Shown: positions 49,061-61,107, counted from the whole stretch's first letter. The stretch is 63,369 nucleotides of DNA, filler included, from Reticulomyxa filosa (GCA_000512085.1; 18 parts of 18 records of this genome joined end to end with filler, not necessarily neighbours in it); one strand, 5' to 3'. Notes: generated by a model from the sequence alone, not told the origin. Made by a program: numbers and translations.

Positions 49061-50277
49061 ATGATGATAATTTCTCGCAAAGATGGCGGAATTTCGCAAG
49101 TAACGAGGACAACGATATGTGCTGTGACGAGCCAGCAAATGTGAAAAGTGATGGTGAAGAAGAGTGGAATAAAATGGCATATGAAGATGAAGCATTATCA
49201 AACAAATGGAAAAGCGTGGAATATCAGCGATGTAATGAAGGGAGGATACTTCAGCACAAGAATAAGAACATAAGAAAAAGGAAGCAAGGACATGAAAAGG
49301 GAGCAATGCAAACGTATTGCACAATTAAACACAAAACCCCGCACAAAAAAAAAATGAGTGAAATTGAATTTACAGAAAAAAGAAAGAACGAGTGTTTTGG
49401 AAATAAAAAAACAACCACAATAAAAATGCAAAAGCAAAAAGGAACGAAAGAGGCATTCTTTTGGTAACGTATTTACCTACGGATTGCAATACGTTCCAAT
49501 TACGCAAAATCTTTACCGAATTTGCCAAAGTCACAAACATCCATTTGGAAAACGGCAGGTTTTTTTTTTTTTTTTTTTTAAAATGGGAAGCTGTAACTTA
49601 CAAAAAGATGAGATACACATATACGTATACATATATATGTATATGTGCATATATATATATGTATGTGTATGTGTATATGTGCATATGTGTGTATATGCAT
49701 ATGTACATATATGTGCATATATGTGTATATATATATATATATATGTACAAAAAAAAAAATAGATGTTGAAAAATGGAGCGAGTGTAATAATAAGGCTTGG
49801 ATAGAAATCGAGGAAAAAAAAGTAGCCAAAATTGTTGCAAAAAAATTGAATGGGACAAAGATGCAAGCCAAGTATGTAAACCATGGAATGAAGGAAGACT
49901 ACATTTGGAAAATACATTATTTGAAAGGTTTCAAGTGGCATCACTTGTTGGAACATCAACAAAATCTGTCAATAGTCGAACATAGACAATTGAACAACTG
50001 TGTTGCAATGGAACATTCCACGTCAACACATAACATTTCATTGAGAGATCCAATGATCATCTGCCGTCCTCCAACGCCTAAGTTTCATTTGTCATCTTTC
50101 CAGAAATGCGAAAAGCGACGAAGAGAAGAAGACTTGCAATTGCAATGCACACTAATGGTCCCTCATGACAATTTTGTCAGTGGTACATTTGACAAAGATA
50201 TGCATTATCAATGGTCACCGCCGTTGAAACGGCCCAGACTCATTCAACAGTCTCAGTTTCAACTGGCCAATATTTAG
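49061..50277 (+). CDS. ABT1/Esf2-like RRM protein (divergent); start uncertain
   Basis: [19 protein letters not shown]|..[41 protein letters not shown] matches the Esf2 pattern GWVEF..K..AK..A..LN..W..KYL..FKW..L.E. Confidence 0.8.
49615..49747. repeat. Intronic (TA/TG)n microsatellite; similar tracts at 29440-29475, 46760-46827, 61585-61666; (AAT)n at 41955-42000
   Basis: Directly visible dinucleotide and trinucleotide runs. Confidence 0.95.
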
Positions 50278-51479
50278 TGCTCCTTGATCGCAATTCCACA
50301 ATCTGAGTGCCTCTTTTTGACTTGATTTATTTATACTTTCTCAATTCATGCGCTCTTTTTTTTTTTTTTTTTTTTCATTCGATTTATGCAATAATGAATA
50401 TAGCTCCAACTTTGTTCAGTTTTCTTATTTTCTTTTTCATTCTAATGTTCTAACATTTCACAACAAAAAAGAAAATTGTCCATTCAATTTTATTGGCAAC
50501 AACAACTTTTTTTTTTTTTAGCTCTTTTAAATGCTAAACTTGTTCATTTGTTATATTTTTGTTTTGACTGCGAATGTTTTCTTTTGCCGGGTACAAAGTA
50601 AAAAAACAAAAAAAAACGTGATGAGTCGATTTCAATTTGTATCCGGGCAAAAATTATTTAAAAACTAAAAATACTTGTTTTTGTTCATCAGTCGATTGAA
50701 CGAAAAGCAAACAGAATGTTAATATAATAATAAAGATAATTTTATTTTCAGCGTGTGCATAAAACAAGAAGAAAAACATATTGTTCTGCCGACACCAGAC
50801 ACAAATATAATGTTCAAAAAATTGATGAAATAAAAAAACCAAACAATCTAAATTTCAACAAAAATATATAAAATCAAGTTAAAAGTGACTGAGTCAAACT
50901 ATGGCTGCCATAATATGTCCTAGTATACGAAATCAGCCTCCGTTCACCATGACGTGGCCAAATCAATGTACAGTAGAGGTTACAGAAAAAACTGAGCACT
51001 AAAATGCCACTTATGAAGATAATTAATATTCTATCAAACATAACATTTAAATATTTTTTAAAAACATTATTACAAATTTTTTTCATTGGATTCATGTTTA
51101 GTGGTATAGCAATGTTTTTTTGTTGCTTTTAAAGATTAAAATATGTATTATATAGTAGAATGCAAAAGAAAGTTACCATTCAATTAATTTATTTTAAAAA
51201 ATATCTACAGATCTGGTTTTTCACTTCATCTTTCAAAAATTTGAATATTTCATTTAATTTTTTGGGAATCGTGTTTTTCTCGTGTTCATGAAATTTAGAT
51301 TTTTTTTTAAAGTATTTTTGTAAAACATCTTGTAATTTTTTTTTGCGTTCCTTGCTTGTTTTCTAAACCTGGCGATGTTTGGCTCCGATAATACGTTTCA
51401 AATGTTTGTTTAATCATTTTATCTTTGGGAATTCACGGAGTGTTTTGGTAACGCACGTGTTGATAAATGTGTTTTACAG

Positions 51480-52187
51480 TTTTGTCAAGAATTGCAAAGG
51501 AACGTATACACTAGTCGTTAGACGGGATGACACTATCTTGGACTTGAAAAAAACAGTTGAAAAGAAAAGTGGGATTTCTGTGGATGAAATGCAATTGTCA
51601 TTGGGAACAAAATCCATGAAAGACAACAAGACACTTGGTGACTACAATGTTTACCAAGAGTGTACGATGCATTTGCTACCAAGACTACCCGGTGGAAAGA
51701 TTATATTCTGTGGCCCTGATGTCAGAAAAAAGCGGACAGGGAAAGTAGGGAATACGGGCCCTTGGTATAGAACAATATACCCGGGAATGAATTATTCCGT
51801 TTTGTATATGTGATTTTTTTGTTGACGTGTGACGAAATGATTTTTTTACTAAAATAGGGACGTTGTTACAATATCGAGTGCGAAGCTGGAAAAGATGAAG
51901 ACTGGGTACTGTGCAAGCGCGGATTTGGCAAGAAAATCCACCCTAGCATTGATGCTATTGAACCTGAATTCCCGTTCAACGGAATTCTCTGTCCAAGCTG
52001 CAATACAGTATTTATCCCGGATTGCTATTATTTTTATCAATGTAGTGTTGCACTTCTTTACCAAATAGAAGGAAAAGAAGTGCAAAAAGATACGCAAACA
52101 GTGATTGACGATAATTACTGGAAACTGGGAGGAAAAGAAAAAGTAAGATACTTATATTTGAGATTTAGTGTATCACAATTAGAGTAA
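51480..52187 (+). CDS. Ubiquitin-like domain fused to a Cys-rich domain; exons 51480-51798, 51858-52187 (first exon not resolved)
   Basis: FVKN..TYTL..DTILDLK..TLGDYNV..TMHLLPRLPGG, then PWYRTIYPGMNYS|GRCYNIEC.A..VLCKRGFG..CPSC..FYQC. Confidence 0.85.
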
Positions 52188-53959
52188 TAAAGAAACCAAC
52201 AAAAAATGTTGCATTTGTGTTGGTAATCAATTTTATTATTAATTACAATTTAAAAATGTTTAATTTTTTAATGCTGTAATCATTTGTGCAACATAACCAA
52301 ACAACAAAAAAAAAAAAAACGGAGTCCGTTTGCACAAAAAAAACATGTACGAACAAATAAGAGAAAATTTCTGCATTGCAAAGTGCTTTATTCACGAACA
52401 AATAATAAAACAAAGGATCATAACAATCTAACGTAAAAAAAAAAAAAAGATGTTTTGTATTGTTAAACAATGGAAGAAAGTTATTCAAGCATTTTTTACT
52501 AAAAGATACTGCACGAAACGAAGCATTAGAAACGTCCAATTGATGCTTTGCAAGATATAATTTCTTTTATAACATTAGTCGCGTCTCTTTTGCTTAACAA
52601 AATTAAAAGGGATAATTGTCCATACGTTTTTTATAGAAACAGTAAAAAAAAAATAAAAAAAATGAAGAACCATTAATGTTTTTTTTTTTTTTTAAAAAAG
52701 AACAATTAATCTTCCACGTAATTAAAATTTAGTTGGCACATTGTTGAGAGTTTTCAAAGAATAATGGACGTTTAAATTAAACAAAACGAGTGTTTTGATT
52801 TGTCCGCGGACATTTGCGTTTGAAACATTTTTGCAATTGGAAAAGTGAACTAATTTTTAAATAAACACTGAAGAAATTCTAAAAAAAAAAAATAAATTAA
52901 GAACATTGAGAATTGGTCTAGCTCCCTCCCTATTCAAAAGGTTGATGGTTTCTAAAAGAAGCGTACAAAGTTGCTAAAGAGACANNNNNNNNNNNNNNNN
53001 NNNNNNNNNNNNNNNNNNNNNNNNNNNNTTAATTAATTAANNNNNNNNNNNNNNNNNNNNNNNNNNNNNNNNNNNNNNNNNNNNATTGAAAATTCTCTTT
53101 AAAAAGACCTTTGTGCGAAGATAGGATGATGTTTCCCGAAAATAAAATAAAAAGAGGGATTCTCCATCTTCTTTTAAATCAAACGTAGTTTTTTAAAAAA
53201 AAATTAGGTCTGAATATTGTTTTTTCATGAAGAAAATCAATAGCCCTTAGGTGCCGTTTTAGGTATTAACTTTACTTTGCATTCTACTGTACAAATCAAC
53301 TGATTTGCTCTGCATTTAGTACACAACAAAAGATTAAAACAATAACAAAAAAGAGATAATAGTCTTGAGCCATTGAAGTGACTTCATTTAATATTTCCTG
53401 CATTCATTTCAATATCACTATCATTTATACACTTTTTCCAGCTCTTGCTTTTCCATAGATACTAATATAGAGCAGTTAACAAAAAGTCGCCTTGTTGTAA
53501 ATATAACTATCAACAAATTTATTTAAATTAAAAAAATTGAATGTGCTGTGTTAAATGAATGTTGTACTTTATTATGTCAAAATTAAATTGTTTTTGCTTA
53601 ACATATATCTAAACTTTTGATCAGTCCTAATCTTATCAAACTCAATTTTAAATAAGTATTTTATATAAAAAGTATGTTCATGTAATGCCAAATGAAAACT
53701 TATCAATTCTGTTGTCATGATTCAAATGCATTCTTTCATCATGTAATTGGAATATTTATATAGAATTTTCATTTCTTTAAATCTTTAAACTAAGTTGAAT
53801 ATTATATTGTTTAATAACTTAACATTTTCAGAAATCATTTCATTAAATTCGTCATTTTTTTAATAATATTCTTACATTGTTGATGTTCCATCTGCAATCA
53901 TTCACTATTGATTTAAATAAAGTTTTGTAAGATCATAAAAATACAATCTAATTCTTTTC

Positions 53960-54030
53960 AAAATGCAGTTTTCATTTATTATGCTTTTGAATTCTTTAAA
54001 AAACATTGAACGCAGCTTTTTCAGCTTTTT
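53960..54030. repeat. Dispersed repeat, second copy at approx. 58332-58400
   Basis: atttattatgcttt(t)gaattctttaaaaaa.attgaa.gcagcttttt occurs in both places. Confidence 0.85.
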
Positions 54031-54285
54031 TAGGCAATAAAGTAAGATAAAACACATCTTTTAGTGTGTGCTCAATCAAATCAAACAAGTTTAATATCAT
54101 ACTTACTTTTTCTTTTAATCAAACTTTTCAAACAAAAAAAATTTCATTTCTTGTTCAACAAAAAAGTAAATTATCCCCAAATATGNNNNNNNNNNNNNNN
54201 NNNNNNNNNNNNNNNNNNNNNNNNNNNNNTTAATTAATTAANNNNNNNNNNNNNNNNNNNNNNNNNNNNNNNNNNNNNNNNNNNN

Positions 54286-55363
54286 TCAAAAACGAATACA
54301 AGTTTATCTGTGAGTATCCAAGTGATGTTATATTAATTGGACATTGTGTAGTGAAATTGGTAGATAACAAAAATAAAGATAGCAATCAAATCACCTTGTT
54401 GTTTTTAAGTGGATGTGAAGAAATAAGACATACATTGGTGATAAAATATGTAAGTGTTTGGAGTAATACATTAGATATATCAAACAAATCAAATGAATTC
54501 AACAATTACAATCAATGGGTTTCTCTCAAAGACAATCACAATCATCCAATTATCATTGGAAGATATAATGATAATTATCGAGGAGTGCGTGCAGTAATTG
54601 GTGGAAGCAACAATCATTTGTTATTTATCACTTACCTTTCAAATAATATTAGTGTGTTTGATTTAAATACATTTCAATTTATTAAACATGATACTTTACC
54701 GATTTATGATCATATATGGTGTCATTGCTTTGTATCAAATTCAGAAAATGAACAAGGACAAGAAATGATAAAAACAAATAAACAGAATTATCAAATGCTA
54801 GTGTTTCATCAAAATACAGGATTATCAATTGAATATGATGAAGACATCAACACTTTTCAATTTCATCAACTACCTATCTGTGATGATATTTCATCATTTA
54901 AATATTATGCATATGTGTGTATCAATGATGCAATCTTGTTCTTTGGTGGGTTGAGTTATACTGATGTTGCTTCAAAATTAGTACACAAGTATTCAATTCG
55001 AGAAAACAAATGGATGACATTTGAAAATACTTTACCCAGTCCATTGTATAATTGTGTTGCAATATTGAATGAAGAAGATAATGATATATACATCATTGGA
55101 GGAAGAGATGATAAATATACAGAAGTATCAACCCACCTGAAGACAAAAGTGCGTTTATGGGATCCTTTGCAGTTGGTAATGATTTGTTTTTATGAAACAC
55201 AAATAGGTTGTATTGTATGAAACTGATTAACAAATAATAAATAATAAACAGTCAAAAAAATGAAATAAAATGTATTGTTGAATATTGGATTCGAATTTTA
55301 AAGATAAAATTAGGATGGATTGATGATTTTAATCAAATTATTATAAAATACAGTAAGAATTAA
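54286..55363 (+). CDS. Kelch-motif protein (paralog 3), 5'-truncated; intron 55176-55251; homopolymer frameshift near 55255
   Basis: AVIGG, LFFGG, IYIIGG and the terminal VEYWIRILKIKLGWIDDFNQII module. Confidence 0.85.
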
Positions 55364-56750
55364 AGTTAATTGATTTTTTAATGAAGAAACACGATTAAAT
55401 ATCTATAGATCAAATATGGTTTTTATTTTATTTTTTTACCAAAAAATTATTGAAAAGACAAAAAGTTAGTAAATATTTTCCTTTTTACAGAAACTGTTTG
55501 TTTTTTTATGGAAATAAGTTATATTATCAAAAAATAAATAAGTTTTCTTTTTTACTTGAATTATTACAATTTTCAACTTGAAAAGATATCTTATATAAAA
55601 TGTGTGATAAAATGTACTCTTGTTCAGAAACAATAATCAAAAATAATTTATTGTATTGAGCAGCAAGTAGAAATGTAATGATTGCAAGTACAATTGACAA
55701 CTTATTGGGATTATGTTATCACTGATGAATTTAAACACAAATATCCAGATTTGATTGAAGAGTGAGTTGCAATGTGGTGGATCGTTTGACGAATATGAAA
55801 ACAATTTCATTAAATAAATGTAATTGCAATGAGTTTGATGATTGGTCATAAAAATCATTGTATTTACTTAAGTTTGTGTAAAACATTAGATTCTATTTTG
55901 GCGTGATGCCATTTATCAATGGTTTCGTGATCAAGAATGTAGATGCTTTCTATTTAGTAAAATCAATTACAACGTGGCCATCAATGAAGGACAGAAATAC
56001 AATGAAGATACAATGCGTGGAAGTACAAGCAAAGTAAAAGGTGATAGTAAATTAAATGCATTAAATGAATTATCACTACAAATTCCCAGTTATATTAAAA
56101 AAAAAAAGAAAGAATAAATGAACTAACATAATTGACAACAAATTTGTCAAAATCTTTGACCCATCCTAATTTAATCTTTAATATTCGAATTCGATGATGA
56201 ATAATGATTTGACCGTTTCAATCATAAAGCAAAAACAATAATAAGAAAGATCTAAAAAAACAACTTAACGATTAATTTCTATCTTATCAATAAAATTTGT
56301 TATTTGAATGTAATAAATTTAATTAAAAAACAATGAAAACAAGAAAAGAAAAGTGTTGTTTAATAATTCCCTTGGAGTTTTGCCATACATTTTTGAAATA
56401 GGAAGAAAACAAAAGTTTTTCTTTTTTCTTCATCTTATCAACAGAAAAATAAAGGGCAAATACAAATGCAACACACTCGTTGAAAGAAATGTGATATTTG
56501 AAATAATTGAAATGGTACATATTTACAAAAAGATATGCTGTTCTCAATAGATTCTTAAAATATAATCTGATTATTGAAGAAAAACATATAGATTTATTGT
56601 TTTCTATTAAATAAATTTGGATAACAATGTCCTAATTCCTGATAAAATCAATATTGCAATTTTTTAATAAAAAATCATACTCTTTTTTTTTCAAAGTCAT
56701 TTAATGCCCTTCCTCCTTTTAAAACTTCATAATTCCTCAACATTGACAAC

Positions 56751-58079
56751 ATGAACAGCCAAATCTTTCAAACTTTGAAGAATTTACCCAATCTACTTTT
56801 TGCAACTCAATGTGTGCTACATGAACATGAACTCCTCATTTGTGGAGATAGAGCTGAAAGAGATTGTTATTCTTATCATACAATCAAAAACGAACACAAG
56901 TTTGTCTGTAAGTATCCAAGTCATATTACATTAGAAGGGCACTGTATAGTGAAACTAGTGGATAACAACAACAAAGACGACAATCAAGTCACTTTATTGT
57001 CTTTTGGTGGAAGAAATAAACATACATTGATGATGAAATATGTAAGTGTTTGGAGTAATACATTAGATATATTAAACAAATCAAATGAAATCAACAATTA
57101 CAATCAATGGATCCTTTTACAGACAATCACAATCATCCAATTATCATTGGAAGAAATGAAAATCACAATTATGAAGGAATGCGTGCAGTGATTGGTGGAA
57201 TCAACAATAATTTGTTATTTATCACTTATTTTCGAAAAAATATTAGTGTGTTTGATTTAAATAAATTTCAATTTATCAAACACGATTATTTACCAGCTAA
57301 TAATTATATTGAATATCATTGCCTTGTATCAAATTCAGAAAATGGACAAGTACAAGAAATGATGAAAACAAATAAACAGAATTATCAAATGCTGTTGTTT
57401 TATAAAAAGACAGGATTATCAATTGAATATGATGAAGATAACAATACTTTTCAATTTCATCAACTGCCTGTTTGTAAGAATATTGCAACATTATGTAGAT
57501 ATGCATATGTGCGTATCAATGATATCATCTTGATCTTTGGTGGATTGAATTATTCTAATTTTCAAAATCGGTGCACAAGTATTCAATCGAGAAAAAAAAT
57601 GGATTACATTTAAAAATGTATTGCCTGTTCCATTGTATCATTGTTCTGGAATATTGAATAAAGATAACAATTATATATATATCATTGGAGGATATACTAG
57701 TAGAGATTGCATATCGACAAACATGAAAATAAAATTGAGTGAATTGATATATCATATACAGGTAAGTTTCTTTTTGTAATTAAAAAACGCAAATGAATTT
57801 TATTATATAAAATTGATTAATAAACAATTAACAGTTAAAAAATGAAATAAAATTTGCTATTCAACATTGGATTCGAATTTTAAAGATAGGATTAGGATGG
57901 ATTGATGATTTTAATAAAATTATTATCAAATATGTTAAGTAATGTTGTCTTTTTTTAACATGTACATGATTGATAATTATGTAATTTACATTTTTAAATA
58001 GATAAGAGGTTTTGAATTATCAATGGTTTTACGAGGACATGACGAAAGATATTTTGCTTTGCACGCAGCTACAACATAA
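56751..58079 (+). pseudogene. Kelch-motif paralog 4 with several frameshifts, followed by a WD40-start-like exon
   Basis: Frame breaks near 57110 and 57560-57600; exon 57835-57933 IQHWIRILKIGLGWIDDFNKIIIKY; exon from 58002 IRGFELSMVLRGHDE. Confidence 0.78.
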
Positions 58080-58511
58080 AGCGGTATCTAAGATAAACTA
58101 TTCCTGAGATATTAAAGGATTTCGTTATCTAATTACATTTTTTTGAATTACTGCCACTCATATCTTATTTCAGGAGTAGATGTTGACTTTGATAATGCAC
58201 ACTGTTGCCCTTTAGCTTTATCTTGTTTTAAGTGTTTGATACTATACAAAAAAACAATTTTAAAAAATTAGTATTGATTTGCAATGAAAAAAACGTATAC
58301 TTGAAATATCTTGCAATTTATTTTGACATTTAAATACAATTTTTATTTATTATGCTTTGAATTCTTTAAAAAATATTGAATGCAGCTTTTTAAATTTTTT
58401 TTGAACTAAAANNNNNNNNNNNNNNNNNNNNNNNNNNNNNNNNNNNNNNNNNNNNTTAATTAATTAANNNNNNNNNNNNNNNNNNNNNNNNNNNNNNNNN
58501 NNNNNNNNNNN

Positions 58512-58729
58512 AGGTCGAAGATCAGCCAGCTCACGAAGCCGGGCCGATTGACCTGCATGTAGGGGTAGCGAATGGCGTATTCGCGCGGCCGGACTCGGGT
58601 GGCCGTCTTGTCGTCAGAGCAACGCGGCAGATAGGGCGCTTCCGTGAGCACGCGATTGAGCGCGGTGCCCGACTGGAAAAAGCGGTCTGCTGTCTGGTTG
58701 TCTAGTTTCTGTGCCGTTGTACCTGCCAT
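58512..58729 (-). CDS. rep: Plasmid replicase (ColE2/IncU/IncP-6-type primase-related Rep), N-terminal fragment
   Basis: EAPYLPRCSDDK....RPREYAIRYPYMQVNRP..VSWLIFD is typical of the Replicase family N-terminus; GAGGG SD upstream. Confidence 0.88.
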
Positions 58730-58767
58730 AACCCCTCTTCACACGTCCCGTAGGGGCGTGCGCACGC

Positions 58768-58796
58768 TTGCGCGCAGGGCTTAAGACACGTACAAT
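58768..58796 (+). promoter_or_regulatory. Sigma70 promoter for the antisense RNA
   Basis: TTGCGC-17 nt-TACAAT, oriented opposite to rep. Confidence 0.8.
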
Positions 58797-58801
58797 CAAA
58801 G

Positions 58802-58926
58802 CATAGTCAGTCGCTTAATTGCGTTTCTACAGAACTCATCCGCCAAGATGAATCCTGTACGTGTCTGGGCACCCTGCCCGGTTTCTCTGTCAAGGCCCGC
58901 TCGCCAAAGCGGGCTTTGTCGTTTCT
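58802..58926 (+). ncRNA. Putative approx. 120-nt antisense copy-control RNA complementary to the rep leader
   Basis: Lies between the promoter and the terminator; two hairpins with CGCCAA-containing loops (tcatc-cgccaa-gatga; gcccgct-cgccaa-agcgggc). Confidence 0.75.
58892..58926 (+). terminator. Intrinsic terminator of the antisense RNA
   Basis: GCCCGCT-cgccaa-AGCGGGC followed by TTTGTCGTTTCT. Confidence 0.72.
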
Positions 58927-58976
58927 GACTCTCCAGTTTTCTGCTGTCTGGTCAGCTCTCTCCTTTGCCATGACGG

Positions 58977-59288
58977 TCACTCGTCGGCATCCACAGACGC
59001 CGGGGCTTGCTTGTAGCCCCGCACCATCGTCTTGGGCACCCAGTGCTCCGTGTTCACATCGAATTTCATGATCCCGTAGGACTGCAAGACGCTTGCCGCC
59101 CCGTCGAGACTCTGGAAGTACCGGAGGCCGCCACGGGCAGCACCCAGCACTCGCTCATTCATTCCTGCGCGCACAACAATCACAAGTCCCTTGTCGGCAG
59201 ACTCCACCCGTGCGGATGAAACTGAGCCTGCGGCGATCAACTCCTTGAGAATCTTCGGCGCGACTACGCTCGCTGTCGTTGTCAGCAT
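58977..59288 (-). CDS. ParC-like small plasmid regulator upstream of rep
   Basis: LKELIAAGSV..VLGAARGGLRYFQSLDGAASVL..GI; size and position as in IncP-6 parABC-rep backbones. Confidence 0.7.
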   Translation of the reverse strand: MLTTTASVVAPKILKELIAAGSVSSARVESADKGLVIVVRAGMNERVLGAARGGLRYFQSLDGAASVLQSYGIMKFDVNTEHWVPKTMVRGYKQAPASVDADE

Positions 59289-59372
59289 CGTTTATACCCC
59301 ATTCCGCGCCCAACCGCAACAATATCATGTTTCGTTGCGACCGTCGCTGTATCGTGTGAGTGTCGGCGTTTG

Positions 59373-59390
59373 TATGGACTATAGTCCATA
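59373..59390. promoter_or_regulatory. Perfect 18-bp palindrome, putative operator upstream of the parC-like gene
   Basis: TATGGACTATAGTCCATA is its own reverse complement. Confidence 0.7.
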
Positions 59391-59401
59391 TTGAACGTCG
59401 T

Positions 59402-59435
59402 TATATATATACATAGATAGGTATATATATACCTA
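59402..59435. promoter_or_regulatory. Putative centromere-like/ParB-binding site downstream of parB
   Basis: TATATACATAGATAGG (59406-59421) plus palindrome GGTATATATATACC; an inverted copy lies at 60390-60405. Confidence 0.65.
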
Positions 59436-59759
59436 TCAGCCCTTGAGGAAGGCTTCCAGCGCCTCGATCACGATGTCCTTCTCCGTGACCCGGCCGCCCT
59501 TCTCTTCCGAGCGCTTGAGCGCTTCGCGCCGCAGGCGATCAGCCAGCTCCTCCGGGAAGTTGAAGATTTTTTGCACCCGTGCGCGGCCGTAGCGCTGCGT
59601 TTCCTCGGCAGCGGGCGGCGTGGCGGCCGGTTGCGTAGCCACGGCTGCAGGGGCGACCAGCGGCTTTTCGGCCTTGTCGGCCTCCCCGCCTTCGAGGAAA
59701 GCGGTCGGGTCTTTGGGCGGCTTGAACTGCGCCGTGTTGGGCTTGCCCTTCATGCTCAT
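59436..59759 (-). CDS. parB: Type Ib centromere-binding protein (ribbon-helix-helix-like ParB)
   Basis: Translationally coupled to parA; N-terminal AFLEGG, flexible Ala/Pro linker, C-terminal RVQKIFNFPEELADRLR..TEKDIVIEALEAFL. Confidence 0.75.
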   Translation of the reverse strand: MSMKGKPNTAQFKPPKDPTAFLEGGEADKAEKPLVAPAAVATQPAATPPAAEETQRYGRARVQKIFNFPEELADRLRREALKRSEEKGGRVTEKDIVIEALEAFLKG

Positions 59760-60382
59760 GCCATCACCTCCTTGAAGAAGGCTTCCATCTCGGCAATGGC
59801 GGCTTGGTCGCGGCCCAGCTCCTGCACGGTAGCGCCCTCACCGATGGCACGGCGGAAAGCCACCCGCTCGCAGACTTTTGTAGGTAATACAGTCAGCTTC
59901 TGCTCGGCCAAGAATTCCAGCATCTCGGCCGCATCCTTCGTGCGCGGATCGACGCGGGTCAGCAGCACGCGCACGTCCAGCTCGGGGTTGTAGTCGCGGG
60001 CCAGCTCGACGACTTCCAGCAAGTCAGTCATGGCCGCTGCGTCCAGATTGGAGGCACCGACCGGGATCACGGCACGCTGGGCCAGCAGCAGCGCGGAGCG
60101 CAGGCCCACGGAATCACGGCCGCCTGCATCGACGACAACGTGCTCAAAGCCGGTGGCCAGTTGCTTGCCTTCACTGAGGATCGCCTTGCCAGCGAGGCAG
60201 GTGGTGGTGGGCGACGGGTCGTACTGCGTCTCACGACGCCATGCGGCCCAGCTCGCGGCCGAGGCCTGCGGGTCGCCGTCGATGAGCAGCGTCTTGCCCT
60301 GACGGGCCAGCATCACTGCCAGATGCACGGCGGTCGTGGTCTTTCCGACGCCGCCCTTGGTGTTCACGCACGCGAAGATCAT
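59756..60382 (-). CDS. parA: ParA Walker-type partition ATPase (short type Ib/ParF-like)
   Basis: KGGVGKTT, LLIDGDPQAS, VVVDAGG; 208 aa with no N-terminal HTH; AGGAG SD. Confidence 0.96.
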   Translation of the reverse strand: MIFACVNTKGGVGKTTTAVHLAVMLARQGKTLLIDGDPQASAASWAAWRRETQYDPSPTTTCLAGKAILSEGKQLATGFEHVVVDAGGRDSVGLRSALLLAQRAVIPVGASNLDAAAMTDLLEVVELARDYNPELDVRVLLTRVDPRTKDAAEMLEFLAEQKLTVLPTKVCERVAFRRAIGEGATVQELGRDQAAIAEMEAFFKEVMA

Positions 60383-60389
60383 GGATGCT

Positions 60390-60410
60390 CCTATCTATGT
60401 ATATACATAC
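60390..60410. promoter_or_regulatory. Putative parAB operator/centromere site overlapping the parA ribosome-binding region
   Basis: CCTATCTATGTATATA is the reverse complement of 59406-59421; contains palindrome ATGTATATACAT. Confidence 0.65.
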
Positions 60411-60576
60411 CGATGGCAGCGCGGCGGCTGGCCCTCGACCTGCCGGGTGCATCCCCGGCCCTGTGACTCGGTAAGTNNNNNNNNNNNNNNNNNNNNNNNN
60501 NNNNNNNNNNNNNNNNNNNNTTAATTAATTAANNNNNNNNNNNNNNNNNNNNNNNNNNNNNNNNNNNNNNNNNNNN

Positions 60577-61075
60577 ACAAGCACAAGCACAAGCACAATC
60601 GCAACAAACACAGGTAACATTACCACTACGGGGATCAGAAAACTCCAAAGTCCCGTTGCAAGGAGGACACGACCTGACGTCACAACAAATGATGTCGCAG
60701 ATTGCATCTGGATATCCGTGGCCTTACTATCCCTATCCTCAGGTTCCTCAAATCCCCTCGCAGTATCCGCAGAGACTGTTCTATCCACAGCAGCCCATGA
60801 CTTCGCACACGCCTGCGCTCCTCGCCAACAACGCCAGCTCTCGCACGTCCAAGCAAACGCAGCAAAGATTGCGAACTCCAAATCAGTCGACCATGGCGAT
60901 GACAGGAAGTGAAGAGAGCACTGTTAACTCTAAGATAAACAGTCGAGGCATGCATGCCAATCCCACATCGTCTGTTCCTGGTGTGTCCTCTACCGCTGTT
61001 ATCACATCTTCTACTTCTTCTACTGTTCCTACTGCTGTCACTTCTTCTTCTGCATCATCATCATCATCATCATTA

Positions 61076-61107
<32 letters not shown>

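Larger units (their letters stand above)
58512..60476 (-). mobile_element. Bacterial plasmid backbone fragment (IncP-6/IncU-like parABC-rep)
   Basis: Separate GC-rich contig; intronless operon with Shine-Dalgarno sites and overlapping ATGA stop/start; rep and par genes. Confidence 0.92.

Noticed and set aside
49484-49962. YIYI/HIHI-type ORFs
   Set aside because: Translations of an intronic TA/TG microsatellite.
59571-60466. Plus-strand ORFs in the plasmid contig
   Set aside because: Antisense shadows of parA/parB in GC-rich DNA.
56751-60476. Apparent horizontal transfer of a plasmid next to Kelch genes
   Set aside because: Separated by an artificial linker; no physical linkage is shown.
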